Origin: Glaucostegus cemiculus
Taxonomy: Eukaryota
NCBI GenBank assembly: GCA_976551045.1
Contig: CDPCPM010000176.1
Span: forward strand, 3,844,001 to 3,908,000
Length of the DNA stretch: 64,000 bases
Direction of reading: 5' to 3'
Part shown: in pieces, positions 16,755 to 31,641 of the stretch
Position numbering within the stretch: the stretch's first letter is position 1
Layout of the letters: every line of letters starts with the position of its first letter
The notes under the pieces: model-generated
Told to the model about the DNA's origin: nothing
Seen by the model: only the letters and a program-made list of their open reading frames with translations
Databases searched by the model: none
Made by a program: the position numbers and the translations under genes

Positions 16755-17260
16755 AAACACAGGTGTTGGAAATCTGGAATCAAAACAGAAAGTGCTGGAG
16801 ATATTCAGCTGGTCAGGCAGCAAACACATGGCTGCTTCAAATTAAAGACTTTTCATTGGGAGAAGTTAGAAAAAAAACATTTAATTTGGATGGGGGGGGA
16901 TGGACAACAATGTTAGCGGGATGGTGGGGGGCTGGCGGCACTGTGGTGCAGCTAATGAAGCTTCACAGCTCCAGCGACCAGAGTTCAGTCCTGATCTCTG
17001 GTGCTGTAAAGAGATTTATTTCCCTGTCGAAGAATTACTGAAGAATGTAGAAAATACTCAGCATCTGTGTGGAAAGAAAAAAAATTACAAGTTGATGACC
17101 TTTTGAAACAAACTGGAAAAGCTGGTTATCTGAAGTTTATTGTTGAGTCCTGTGGGCTGTAATGTACTTCGTTCGATGAGGTGTGTTTTCTCAAGCTTAC
17201 ATTGGACTTCACTATAACAGTGCAAGAAGCCAAAGACAGAGGTTACAGTGGGAGAAGTGA
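16755..17260. mobile_element. Cluster of decayed Penelope-like fragments with a SINE head (~16930-17010, +)
   Basis: ggaaatctggaatcaaaacagaaagtgctggagatattcagctggtcaggcagc resembles other copies; tgtggtgcagcta...cacagctccagcgacc.gagttcagtcc matches the SINE at 35330. Confidence 0.55.
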
Positions 17261-18158
17261 GGTGACAGGACCTTTGGGAACGGTGACTTTAGGCACCCCA
17301 TGTACTGTAATGGTCAGACACTTTGCAATGGATATTGGCTTGAGAATCATGTTAGGAGAACATCAAATTACATGTCAAACACCTAAGCTCGTGTCTTTTG
17401 GAGTTAATGTGCCTCAGGGTTACAGATTGAAAATGGATCAGTCTTAGTTAGCCTTAGCCACCCTTCATGATGAACACTCTAGAAACCAAATACAAATCAG
17501 ATTTCTATAACTTGCAAGAATTTTTAAATCCTTCAACATTAATCATTAGCTTGGCAGAACATAAAATTTTCCTGAAGAAATGCAAATTTGATTGATTGTT
17601 TTCATGCATTCAACCCTCAGTAAAAATACATTACTCCAAGATCTCTCATGTGAGAGATTTTTTAAAAATTATAACTCTGAAGACATTCATGCACAGCAAA
17701 GATCTCCAAGGATCATTCCCAGACAAAATGGGCACATAGGGGTAACAGAACTATCCTCATTTGCATGTGTTAAATGTGTAGTACGGTAGCCAATTGCAAA
17801 ATACAGCCCCATTTACTTCAATGCTGATAAAGATCAAAGTTCTGTCGCACTTAATCCGAGCTTTCTCTTTAAATCATAGAACATTATGGGTCTGGATTTT
17901 GCTTTCACTTTCACAAGCACACCAGCGACAGGACTTTATGCAGCCAAACCCTGGTCGATTCTCATGGATTTTGAAAAAAAATAGCCATACTCCGCAAACT
18001 CCCTGCTGTGTACCAGCTCTGTCGAGGAAGTGTGCCAACGAGCCCATTTCAGCATTTGAAAGCAAATTAAAGTTGAAAATAAAAAGCTTTGCATCTGAAG
18101 CTGCTGATTTACATAAATACCCAACTGGTTTATTAGCATCATTTTGGGGAAGAAATTC

Positions 18159-18980
18159 GTTAATGATCTGGATGAAGGAATTAATGGCACTGTGGCCAAG
18201 TTTGCAGACGATACAAAGATAGGTGGAGGGACAGGTAATGGTGCAGAGGCAGGGGTTCTGCAGAAAGATGTGGATAGGTTAAGAGAGTGAGCAAAGAGAC
18301 AGAACAGTGTAGGATTATGGTAGGAAGAATAAAGGTGCAGACTATTTTCTAAATGGGAAGAGAATTCAGAAATCAGAGGTGCAAAGGGTCTTGTAAGGAA
18401 GGCAAATGCAAGGTTAGCATTCATTTCTAGAGGACTAGAATATAAAAGCAAGGATGTACTGCTGAGGCTTTATAAGGCTTTGGTCAGACCGCATTTAGAA
18501 TATCGTGAGGAATTTTGAGCCCTGTATCTAAGGATGGATGTGTTGGCCTGAGAGAGGGTCCAGAGGAGGTTCACAATGATCCAGGGAATGAAAGGCTTAA
18601 TGATGGAGGACTGTTTGACGACTCTGGGCCTGTACTTGGAGTTCAGGAGGATGGTGTGGGAGGGGTAGGGATCTCACTGAAACCTGATAGGATTGGATAG
18701 AGTGGACGTGGCAAGGATGTTTCCATTAGCAGGAATTTCTTCGCCAGAATGCAGTAAATCTATGGAATTAGTTGCCCCAGAGGGCTGTTGTGGCCAAGTT
18801 ACTGGGTGTATTTAAAGTAAAGAATGATAGGTTCTTGATTGCTAAAGTGGTTATGGGTTACAACAGGGAGAAGGTGGGAGATTGGGGTTGGAAAAAATCA
18901 GCTGACTGAATAGCAGGGCAGACTCGACAGGCCAAATGGCCTAATTCTGCTCCATTATCTTACGGAGCTATGGTCTAAAT
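18159..18980 (+). mobile_element. CR1 LINE fragment with internal deletions
   Basis: NDLDEG..GTVAKFADDTKIGG RT motif (FADD); LYKALVRPHLEY; CR1 tail ggccaaatggcctaattctgctcc. Confidence 0.9.
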
Positions 18981-19844
18981 CACCTTTCCTCTCTTTGACC
19001 TATATCTGTTTCCAGTCCTAAAGATCACTGGCTGACTGGCATCAAATGTGGCTTTCTTGAAGGAGACCATCACCGTCTAAAGACCAGCAATAAATGCCAG
19101 CACTGCCACTAGATACAAAAAGGATCAACCATTTATGGGAACAGAAATAACAACTAATTTGCAGAAATATTCTGAAGCAGTTGGAATTAGTATACCAGCA
19201 ATTCAAATGGTATAGCAAGCAAACTAAACTTAAAATGGCTGTATCAATAAAATACAAGTCAAGACAATGAAAATCAGATGATTCCCTACAAATCACTGAA
19301 AGAGGGCAAATTATTTCAAGGTGGGGATGAGATATTCTACGAGTTGGCCCTACTATGGATCAATAAAGCATCTAGTTTATAGAAAACCAGCTATACACCT
19401 GTAATATCTAATTTTACTTAAATCATCGATACAAGCATCATCTGCAGAACATGGAAACTTGTAAAAATCTGGCAACGTTTGCCTACTTCTTAAAATGTAG
19501 AGGTTACATGATAAAGCCATAGGAAAAATATTATGAAGATCTGTTTTCAAATCTGCTCAGGATTTCTTTCTGTTGACATTAAAAGGAGACCAACAGCCTC
19601 TTAAGAGAAAACAAACTCAAGCACTGAGAATAACTTTGGCTATCATTTAATTCAAGCCATGGAAGGTATTACTGGAAAGATATTCAAGGCATTACTGAAT
19701 TAGCATCTACTTGGTTTGAACATCCTGATTTAAGATAATCCAAGATAAATCATCTTCCATCTAAATGATCAAAGGAATGTTTAAACAACATTCAAAAAAG
19801 ATCAAAAAAACATTCGAGTCATAAGCCTGTAATGATTTTTTTTA

Positions 19845-20126
<282 letters not shown>

Positions 20127-22223
20127 TCAGGCATGAACAGCACTCTGAATAATAAATAGCCTAGAACTAAAACAAAATGATCAGAACACCATAAATGGTG
20201 GGACAGTGTGGTTTCCATGAGTTAGTACGATAATCCTGATGACTGTTGATTCCCCAAAGTTCTGGTCAGTTTGAAGGCTAGCCACAAGACACTGTCACTG
20301 AAGGATGTGTTCAACGGTCTAAGGCAGCCTTACTCTGATTCTCCAACAAACCCCATCCTAGTGCTGGCTGGAATTGATATTTGTTATTGCTACATCTGAT
20401 TGCTCAATAGCAAGAGCTGAGGAATTTAAATCAATGTTTTTCTGACACCTACGTTACCACATTATAATTAACAATTCTTAATTTATTCAACTGGAACCTA
20501 AACTTGCTCTATAAAAGTCTGAACTCCATTTGATCGTTAGAATAAAGTCACATGGTCATTCCAACTTATAGCTTTGGCAGCATGGATCTGAGGGACAGAA
20601 ATCCAGCCATCCACCCGTCACACCAGCCTGACCTCAATCCATCAGCAGTTACACCAACTTTTAGACCACCAACTTCAGAGTGAATTTCATTTTTCTCTTA
20701 CCATCTCCTTGGTTCTTCATCCAAACCTAAGCATAACTATTGAAACTAGCATGACTGCACCTATGTGATCTAACTAATTGCAAGTGTCTGCCGTTCCAGA
20801 CCCACACCTTTTTCTTTCTCCTTTCCACTGTTTCTTTCAACTTTGTCCATCAAACTCGCTTATCTATAAGGATCTAAGGATCTCCTACGAGCTGAAATGA
20901 ACATACTAATTTATCCAAGTTCAGTTAAAACAGTTCTACAAAGGCATTAATATATTTGTTGACAGTTAAATATGCAATTCATGTATGCTATTGGTGAATG
21001 TTTTGTTCGTGTAATTATATTCACTGGAAAAAAAATCTATTTTTGCTGAATATCATGATCTTTAGTCATGGTGATTCCAGGCTCTCAACAAAAGATAGGC
21101 ATTGCAAATATATTTTTTGTAAGTTGGGGGGGAAATTACCACAGCAAATTAATTGGGGAAAAAACTTAGTGCTTCTACCAACCTGCTACACAGTATAGAA
21201 CGTTAATTGTGGTAGAGTTGTCTTAAGTGAGGTGGTTGGCATGGTTCTTAAATAGGTGATTTAGTCACTATGGAACTTCCATCAGGAAATCTTTGCAGTA
21301 AATGCAGGATATTGTTCAGGCCACAATCTAAATACAGGCTCTGATGCAAACTAGTTGAGCATTTTTGTAACTCGAGTTAACCAGTGAACCTTGCAATTAA
21401 ATTACTAACTTGCAAGTTTTTTAAAACTTAAACACCTCTTCAATTCCATTCAGGTAATTTCACTGTACTTAAATGTAGATTCATATTAGGTGTAATGTTG
21501 CTGAAGGCAGACTTGTTGTCGCTTTTCGACCAGTAACTGCTATAATATTAATGACCCAATAACACAAGATATACTGCAGCATTTTCATGCAACTGTAAAA
21601 GCAAGGATTTCGATTTTCTCTTCTTTACTAATAACTGATCTTTAGTGCTGATCAAGTTACAGCAAATAAATGTGGATAATAGGAGATGGAATTCTAATCC
21701 TGTGTGACACACATTCCCCAGACTCAGAACCTAAACCCAGAGTTCCAGTGATTTATTTTATTTAAAATATTTCATTAACTTTAATATGCAAGACACATGA
21801 AAAGGACAGATATGAACACAGATAGCTGCATTTTGCAACTTTGCAGTGGATCCACTGAATACACTTCCTTTCTACTTGGCCCACATAATGCCAGTGCTGC
21901 TTGTTTCTTCTGTGCAAAGTTCTCTTGTGCAATATGAAGTTCAACCTGCATGATCACAGAGCATTATTGTTGACAAAAGATCAACATTAATTAATACTGC
22001 TACTTCCCATACCAGCTACATCTTCTCTAACCTGAAAGTTCCAGCTTTATTAATTAGTAATCTGACGTGTTGTAACAGCAGAATACTGATTCTTTAACAT
22101 GGCAAGGAAAGATTACATTAAGGGAAAATAATTTCTACCTTTCCTTTTTTTTTAAATGAGAAGCTCATGCAAATCCGTCCTTGCTTTACATAACTGAAAA
22201 CAAAAGTCAAAGAAGTTAACTCA

Positions 22224-22395
<172 letters not shown>

Positions 22396-23134
22396 CTGCA
22401 GGGGTCAAAAATATTTGTAAAATGGAATAAGGAAATTGTTTTAAGTAATGAAAACAAATTAAATTAAACAGATAGCAGATTTGTTTCATGGGTTTCCTAA
22501 CAATTTCACAAAAGTCAAAACTGGTTTCAAAGCTATCAGACCAAGATGAAAAAGTAGACCGGATCCTACAATGGTTCAACAGGTTCACCTTTACCTTGGA
22601 AGGTTTCGGTTTCCATACTCAGTCTGTGCATTCAACATACCCTAACATTGGGAGAACTGTGTAGTATTGATGCATGTTCTTGCATTTCCACCCTGTGTCT
22701 TTAAAAGAAAGGGAACTTAATGGAGTTTCAGTGGGAGAAACGACAGTCTCATACCTACACACAATTACCTACAAAAATCTTTGCCTCGTTGTCATTTCTC
22801 TTCATGATTTTGGGACATTTTCCTTTATAAATTCCTATATACTATGGTCTTAACACTGGAGATGTTGGCAGAGCACAACTAAAAGCTGTTTAGTTTTATA
22901 AAATTCTTTCACCAAAAATCTGATTAATAAAAATACGAATTATGTTGTCATTGCACCCACTCACTTGTGTAGCAACATATTAGTTTTATGTTCCAGTTGC
23001 AAAGAAACTCAGATGCTTCAAACAATCCTATGCCTCCCAAACTGTCTTCAGTTTGGCAAATTCAATATAAAGATTACATAACTACAATAATACATTAGGT
23101 GTCAGACCATGGCTGTAAGATGGGAACCAAATTA

Positions 23135-23690
23135 CAGACTTGGAGGAGTGAGCTGCCAGACCCCTCAAACCTGTTCCACTACTTAACCAGATAATGGCTG
23201 ATAATCTTGTCACCCTCATGGTCCTTTGTCTTAAAACACTACCTCATAAGATGGTGGAATAGAACTTCCAAAAGCTCAACCCTAAAAAAAAGCCTCATAC
23301 TTATCATAAATGAGCAATCCATTATTTTTTAAAGAGTGAACCCTAGTTCTAGATTCACCCACGAGGTGAATATCCTCTCCACATCCAGCCTGTCAAGACC
23401 ACCCTGGCTCTCAAGTTTCAATCAGGTCCCCTCTCACACTTCTCAAGTTGAGCAGATACAAGTCTTTCATGTTCAACTATTCCTCCTCATCTGGCTATTC
23501 CAGGCTTTAGTCTGGTAAGTCTTTTCCAAACTGGTTCCACCACATTAATATCCTTCCCTAACTAAGGAGACCAATACTGTGCACAGCACTCCAGGTACGG
23601 TCTCACCAATGTTCAATGTAACTGGAACACAACTTCCCCTACTTTTGTTTATTTGTTAGCTCCTGTCCAAGCATTTCCATGCCTTTTACA
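23135..23690 (-). mobile_element. Older CR1 LINE 3' fragment
   Basis: Minus strand ttggtgagaccgtacctggagtgctgtgcacagtattggtctcc = LVRPYLECCAQYWSP. Confidence 0.75.
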
Positions 23691-23716
23691 CATGGCATCA
23701 ACTTCTGCACATGCAT

Positions 23717-24019
23717 ATAGAACATTACAGCTCAGTACAGGCCCTTCAGCCCACAATGTTGACCCAACATTTTATCGTGCTGTAAGATCTATCTAACCCT
23801 TCCCTCCCACATAGCCCCTCATTTCTCTACCATTCATGTGTCTTCTTAGAGTCTCTTAAATGTCCCTAATGCATTTGCCCCCACAACCTCTGCTGGCAAT
23901 GCGTTCCACGCACCCACCACGCTGTGTGAAAAAAAAACTTACCCTGACATCCTCCTTATACTTTCCTCCAATCACCTTAAAATCATGTCCCCTTGTGTTA
24001 GCCATTGTCACCCTGTGCA
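23717..24019 (-). mobile_element. CR1 LINE 3' end
   Basis: Reverse complement of tail gtgggctgaagggcctgtactgagctgtaatgttctat; similar to 1400-1715. Confidence 0.85.
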
Positions 24020-27000
24020 AGTAATATTTTTATATATTTGAAGTTATATAGCCAGTTAATTGGTCAGCAATGTTTAAATACCAAAAGACCAGTTATTCAG
24101 TGAATGCAGATGATGGGCAGAATTTAACTATTGTTATTCTAAAAAGGTGCAATGGGTACTCTGCAACCTGGCATGTTCACAGGTCAAGGTCAAGGTCAAA
24201 TGCATCACTGGATCTGACTTTAAATCAAAACTATGTACCACCTTCTTCTCGGAGGACGAATCCAATGATTTTGGAGAGCTGACAACCCTCAAATAGAATT
24301 CACTTCATATTCCTCAACTCTGAGCATAAAGCACACGGCTGCCTTGTTACTGAAAATGACTTGGTTCAATTGCTCCAGAATCCTTTGGCTTCAGGATGGA
24401 AAAGTAAACTACAATTGAGATGCTATCTTTAGCATCCTCCAGAACCCTATTGAATATTTTCATTGTAGTTAGCAGATCCAAAGAGTTTATTAATTATTTT
24501 AGTGAGATATGCTGTAGTAAGCATCCTTTAGACTGCACCACTTGAATTGAGCAATGTTGTTTCTGAAGGTTTTATTGGTTGCATGCTGCCATTTTCAGAT
24601 GATTACAATTTTAAATCATGCCAACAACATACCACTACCTATTTCGATCAACTACTGGCAGCACACTGTTAAAAGTCCCTCTACCTAAAGCTGGAGAGAG
24701 TAAGGCATTAGGGTTTCCGGAGAACTGTCGGCATAATTATACCACTTGAACTCGTAGAAACAAAGGCAAGCTGTACAACAGTGGATAGATCCCATCAGGG
24801 AAAACAGCACTCAGTCAGCAGTCAAAACCTTTCTGATTGAAATGCATCCTTGTTAAAAGGCATACATGTATAAGACAAAGAATGTGTGCACTCAAAGTTT
24901 GTTCCAGAAATCAAAAACCAAACCACCCAGATTATTCTCGTTATTCCACACTTACTCTACTTTAATAGTCACATATTTCTTAAAAGATGCTATGGTCTTT
25001 GCCTACATTGTCACCTGGAAGAAAGCATACATCATGATAAATTAATAAGAAATGTCATGCAAATTTCACATCATAAGCTAAATTCCCAACTGCAAATAAA
25101 CTTGAAGGAACTTGTGTTCTCTACAAACTATGCACAGTTTTTAATGAGATGCCCTTGTGAGTGAGCACCTGTAACAGAATTAGAGTCTATTCAGGAGAGC
25201 AAGAGTTGCACAATACCACGACAGCATCCACTACAGATCTGTCTTTTGAACAATACTCAAAACAAAGCTACTAGACCACCAGCACTCAGGTGACCAATTC
25301 AACTTGCTCTAAATGCCAATAACTACTGTAATTAGATCTAAAAATTAAATGGTCTGATTAGTGATATATAATGGCAGAAAACTCATTCTGTGTCAATTAG
25401 ATTAACATAATACGGTTAAATATTTGGAATATATTTGCATTTCTGAATTCCACTGCATTTCCATCCTGAGCCCAAAAAGATTTTTTATATTATTCCATTT
25501 CTACAATCTCCCCACCACTCCCATCCAAACAAGACTCTGATGGCATCCTACACTTCCCCAGCCTTCCTGGAATCCACCCTCTGGATACGATGAAACTTCA
25601 GTGAAACTGCAGGGTGGGGTCAGCCACTGTTGGAGAGGTCCTGCAAATCAGCTGGGGCCTGATATCACCCGGGAGACTGAACCCAGGAATGTTCTGTAAG
25701 AAACATCTTCCCAATGGTGTACCAGCACTGAGCAAGGGCAACTCATGGGTCATCAGAAGGGCACTCCAATACTCCCCTCCCTCCCAAAAAATTTATATTA
25801 CACTTTATATATTCTAGATGTTAATGATTCCCCACAAGGTACAACTAAACACATGTTTTTTCACCACAGTATTCTAGCAGTTAGTCACTTCCAGTAGAAA
25901 TTTCCTTCAATTTTTAGGACCACACATATTGAAGGCACTCGTGGGTACTTGCCTGGTCTTGCAGGAAACCACCCATCAGCATCCCTCTGGTGAATGCTCA
26001 ATTATTAATTTGCAATTATTTTGAAATAATTTGCAAATTTATATATCAACCAATTTTGGGTCCTGAATAATCCCAGACCCACATCCCAAAAGACCAACCA
26101 GTGGCATTCTACGATGGGATCAAACCTAATCACTAAAATGTTCTGCAAAACATCAACTTATTTTGTTGCATGGTAGCAGAACAGCTGAGAAAGAAAAATG
26201 ATGAAACAGATACAAGTTAGAGCTCTTTTTCCTTGTTGCAAAAGTGGATAGATTCAAATCAAGATCCCCATTTGCCTGAAGATATTTAATGCTCCCAGGC
26301 ACCACTTAGAGAGCATTGATGAGTTTAATTTAAATATAGTTAGGATTGTTCTCACTGTGATGTTCTAATGGTTTGAACTTTCAGAAGAATGTTTAATGTA
26401 CCATCAGAACTTTGTCAACAATTGTTTACAAAGATTAAAATAAACTATGCAATAACCAAACCAATTAAAACAAATACATGAATGGACAGAATGTTATCAG
26501 CATTACGAAATAATGGAATGTGCTATACCTTGAATCAAAATTCACGGTAATTGAACGAGTAATGGTTTAAAAATGATTAACTGTTACACCTCAATCTACC
26601 AGATATATATATTATACACACAAAATACAGACATTTCTTTGATGCAAAAATTGTTCAAAGCAATAACAAGTAGATCATGTGTACAAATCCATCCCTGGGT
26701 AATGACTTCCATTAGTCAATTTTGTCCATATTGGAAAGTACACCGAAATTACTCAATATGGTAACCATACCTCCACAGTCCTGTAATGAATGGCATCAAA
26801 AACACATACAGACTGATAAGGACAAATACTAAAAGTGCAGCAAGAGGAAACTTGTTCTGCCAATTGTAGAAACATACTATGTATGTACTTTGAACTTTTG
26901 AATTTAATAATATATGGGAGCTCATTTGTATGTACAGGTGTCAGGAGTTGGTAAACCAGGGATGGCCTGTATAGGATATGGAGTTAGGAGAAGGTCACTT

Positions 27001-27714
27001 CACATTCCAATAGGAATTTGTAGATTTACAAACATTCAATTTATTTCTCAACAGCAACACCAATGAATCTTTGATTTACAAATCTACTTGTCATTATAAT
27101 GAATAGTTTGCTCCTCCTCACCTATGGAAGTCTGTGGTTCCACAATGGCCTCATTAGCCGACTCAGAACCCACAAAACCAGAGTGAAATCAAGTCATCCT
27201 TAATCCCAAGGGCCTGCCTCAAGAGGAAAAATATTTCACCCACAGGAATATTCTATAGGAACATTATCCATAATGCAGTTCACCCAAATAATATGAAGAA
27301 ATAGCCAATGTAGATAATTCCATCTTCCAACCATGGGTCAGCTGCTATGAGACACAATGTGATTACAGGTCATGTGTTGCTTTTGGGAAGAGGGTAGAGG
27401 CTAATTTGAGATGTTGGGGATCTTGCACAGGCACGTTGGCCTGGTGGTTACTTTTTTTCCCCCTGTATTGGTAGTAGTACTTAAAAATGGACAAATTGCA
27501 ACAAACCTTCTGCTGAGTATTCTGATTTTGCTGTAAGAAAGAGTTCCAGAAGGATGTCTACTGGCAAATTCTTCCAGGACGTAATGAATTGATTGAAGAT
27601 GGAAACCTCTGGTGTGCACCACCTTTCATTCACTTGGATTATGCCAGTGTCCGACTTGCAAATTTGTCTCAATACTGGTAAATGTATACTTCTTTGGCTG
27701 GGAAAGCAGGCGCA

Positions 27715-27968
27715 TTTCAATGTGAAGGTCAGCAATCCATTCAGTGGCTTCAAGCGATGCCGTTCAGGGATGGATCTCTCGGCAAGAGTTCATTACGTGT
27801 GACAGTCTATCAGGCCACTGCCATAACTTGAGCTGTTTCACATGTTCCACTTGTGGAGCAAATTTCCTTGCCTGTCCTCCAACAAGGGTTGTCTAGGTTT
27901 CCCTTGCAAGGTTAAAGCCATGGGATGGCACCATCGCTTGGTTCTAGTCAGTGATGTCAGCCAATGCT
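27715..27968 (-). mobile_element. Ancient RTE/RTEX-like LINE ORF2 C-terminal relic
   Basis: Minus-strand frames give GFNLARET*TTL..RTG.G..LHKW...TVTR/HVMNSC...EWIADLHI, resembling the RTEX C-terminal pattern GFDLPR..W..LNR.RTG.G..LHKWG..C. Confidence 0.55.
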
Positions 27969-28374
27969 ATCAAGAAAGTGAATGAATTCTAGCTACTAGT
28001 CTCCATCTAAACAGCATATATTCATTCTGGCCAATTACAATGGTGTACTGTGGTCAAAGGACGGGACCCTGATCCAAACCTGAAGTACAGCTTTTATTTC
28101 AGATCTACAGTATTTACTGAGATTACCCTATGCAGTACTCTGTCCTCAAAACTGTGCACCTCTGCAGGAAAAATGTTGACTCCAGCTGTAATACAAGTCA
28201 CAATACAAATGATATATCAGAGCTCTTTAAAACTGTTCTGAAAGCAATCTGTGCAAGATACTTGTGTAGGTAAAGTGCAAATGGTAAAACAACAGACAAA
28301 TATATGAATAAAGAGCAGGTGTATGCTACTTAACTTCTTAAGCCTGCTCTCCCATGTAATTAGATTATGGTTGA

Positions 28375-28460
28375 CATAGTGTGGGGACATGTTCGGCACA
28401 GCTTTGTGGGCCGAAGGGCCTGAATTGTGCTGTAGGTATCTATGTTCTATGTTCTATGAT
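28375..28460 (+). mobile_element. CR1 3' tail
   Basis: ggcacagctttgtgggccgaagggcctgaattgtgctgtagg followed by (tatgttc)n. Confidence 0.8.
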
Positions 28461-28889
28461 TATAACTACATTCACCCAAGATAACCTTTCGCACCTTGCT
28501 TACCAAGAACTTACCCTTGCCTTAAAAATACTTAAAGACTTCTTCCACCTCCCTTTTGAGGAAGTGAGTTCCAAAGGCTCACAATCCTCAAAGAAAACTA
28601 CTTCATCTGTTACCCAAGTGGGAAACAGCATATTTTAAATAGTCTCTGCAAGTTCTAGAAATCAGAGATCAAAGCAGATTTTAAATCTGTCTGGGGATAA
28701 CCAACATTCTTCAGCGAGATTGGGATGGTTTTGAATGCCCCCTATTTATTTGCTGCATTAGAACTCCTCCACATATTTTATGTATTCTTGTAAGAAAAGC
28801 TACTGTCAGTGGGATGAAGAAGCTTTACTATACCTGAAGGAAGTTAACAATGAAAACAACTGACCCTGAGTTAAACCTCATTTGAGAGA

Positions 28890-30270
28890 TATGGTTTCAC
28901 TAGCAAGGCTAATGGTTATTGTCAGTCACTAAATGCCCCTGAGACAGAGGTGGCAAGTCGCTAGTGCAGTCCTTCTGTGAAGGCATCCACACTGTGCTTT
29001 TAAGGAAGGAGTCCCATATAAGTGACTCCTATTTTACGGCCAATTGGGTAGTGGAAATTCGCCCTCACAATACGTTACCCAAAAATTTGAGATATGGAAT
29101 AAAACCCACTCTCACAGAACTTGTGGAACTCTCTCTCTCCCCCCAACTTGCGCTTCTTGATGCTTGCTCAGATAACACAGTTTCGCATTATGAAAAACCA
29201 CGATATAGACCACTTTCAAGCACAACCGCCGCACTTTAACATAAGGGTCACCGATTTATGTTTCCCTCTCTACAGACACTTCCTGACCTGTCATTACAGC
29301 ATTTTCTGTTATTATTTCAAATTGGTGGCAACTGCAGTATTTTGTTTTTTCCGCTGGCAGCATTGCCGGTTGGACCGCTACAGGATTCGGGCATTATGAC
29401 TGGGTTAGAATGATGCATGATTTGGGAGATCACTGTCACTTTCACCTGCTGCCTTCTTCCATCTCAGTGACTAATGTCATAGAATTTATAGGTGCTGTGT
29501 CGGTGTGTTATTAGAGCATTTTGAAGATGGTATGTCCACCACATAGCCCCGGTGCACCAATGATGGAAGTGAATGAGTAGCAAGCTGGACAGGTGACAGT
29601 CTAGGATGACATTGAACCTCCTAACTATTGTAGGTGTTGCACTCATCCAGGCAAATGTTTCCATCATGGTCTCGACTTGCATTTTGTAGATAATGAGAAA
29701 GGTATAGGGGAAATCAGGCAGTCAAGTCTCTCACAGCAGAATACTAGCAATATAACTATAGCTAGTCCAGTTAAATTTCAAAACCATAAATTTTCCCAAA
29801 TACATTAACTGTAGGGAACTCGCCGATGTCAAGTAGTGGACTCAATGCAAGGCTAAGTGATTAAGCTCTCTCTTTATTGAAAGAGTCATTACCTCACACT
29901 TGCATGGTACAAATTTTACTAATCACTCATCGGCTCTTGCCTGAATGTTGTCTAGGTCTGCAGTTTTATGTCAGGGGTTACTTTATTTTCCAACATAAAA
30001 GCAGCAAACAGAAATAAGCATTCTGCAATGCCACAGTTAGATCAGGATTGGGGAAGGAAAGCAGCTCACTGATAAAGCAGTTAAAGATGGTTTGCTCAGG
30101 ATACTGCCTAGAAGAATATCTATAGCAACACCTAAGGGCTAAGGTGATAGACCTCCAGTGCATCCCTTTCAGAGAATTTTTCTCAATTTGCACTGACTTT
30201 AGCTTTGTAACGATCCCCTTATGTTGGAATTTAATAATTACTGCCTTGATGTTGAGGCACTCTCACTTCT
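28890..30270 (-). mobile_element. Highly decayed CR1-like LINE remains with a nested Penelope-like fragment (~29050-29345)
   Basis: Weak similarity only; ctctctacagacacttcctgacctg...agcattttctgtt matches the Penelope-like family. Confidence 0.4.
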
Positions 30271-31641
30271 GGAATTCCTAACAGAAAACACAAGGAACGG
30301 GAGGAGGAGAACTTCGATTGGCTGTTGAGCCTGCTCTGCATTCAATAATTTCATAGCGGTCCAATCTTGACCTCAACACCCACGCTCTCTTGTATTTCAA
30401 ATACCTGTCGATCTGAGTCTTGTACATATTCAGCGGCTCCACCTGTACTGCGCTCTGGGGTTGGTCTTGAAGGAGAGACTAAGTGAATAAAAATGCTCCA
30501 GTCAGATCTGAGAACAGGTGTGTGAGTGGTTCTTTTACTCCATAACACCCATTATTCATTATCTAAAGTTTAGCTGCTACTCCCTTTCATAGAGCTGTGC
30601 AACCTTTTACAATCTGTTTTATTTTCTCCCCCCACCTTTATATTTGTTGAAGCCATCCTCTGTTAGTTACTAAAAACTTGCCATCCTCCTTTGGCCCACC
30701 AAAAATCAACACAATATCCTATGCTTCTTCTTTCAATTTAATACTCTATGACTATTACTAAGTTGACTATGGATGGCGTATCCTTCCCTGGAGTCTTCTA
30801 CACTTTACTGAGAAATATTAACATCTCTTAAACATCTGTTGATTAACTGTCCAGATCCTGGAGCTCCCTACCCTACACTCCTGTAAACACACCTCCACTA
30901 GAAAGATGGCAGAAGTTCAAGGACATGGCTCATCACCACTTGCACAAATGCAATTACGCATCAGCAATAGATGGTCTTGCCAATGATATTCACTTCCCTT
31001 AAGTGAATAAACCACTCACACCACTAAAGTTGATTTAACCTTTTCATTCCACAGGCTCCTGAAGTAGAGTAATAGATCCCATTTTTTGTGGGAATTTCCT
31101 GATACAACAGAGATGCATCAAATTAACTATTTATCCATCCTTATTATTAGGGACAGTCGTGCTTCAGTATCTCTTGACTGCTATCCCTTCTCAAATCATT
31201 TACCTTCCTATCATTTCACCATTGTACAAGTTGGGTGTCATCACAATATTTAATGAGCTAATTTGCCACATAATGATCTACATCTCAGAGTTACCTAATG
31301 ACCTCTATTGGTTTTGTTGCATCAATTAACACAACAATATAACCAGAGTGACATTTATGCTTGACAGTTAATGAACTCAGCAAACCATTAAGCATCTGTC
31401 TTGTACATATGACTTCACAAAACAAACCATGCAAGGTCACACTTGGCCTGTCTACTGACACCTACAGTCAAGGACAGCAGAAAACCAGAAATTTTATTTC
31501 TAATACATAGAAGCAAAGATTACCATTCACTTTATGACACAAGGAAACAACCTTCAACCAGCAGATTCACCAATTGGAGGTGCAAAGCTGCCTACTTCTA
31601 ATCAGGATAGGTATCTAACGCCTCATGAATAAACTTACATT

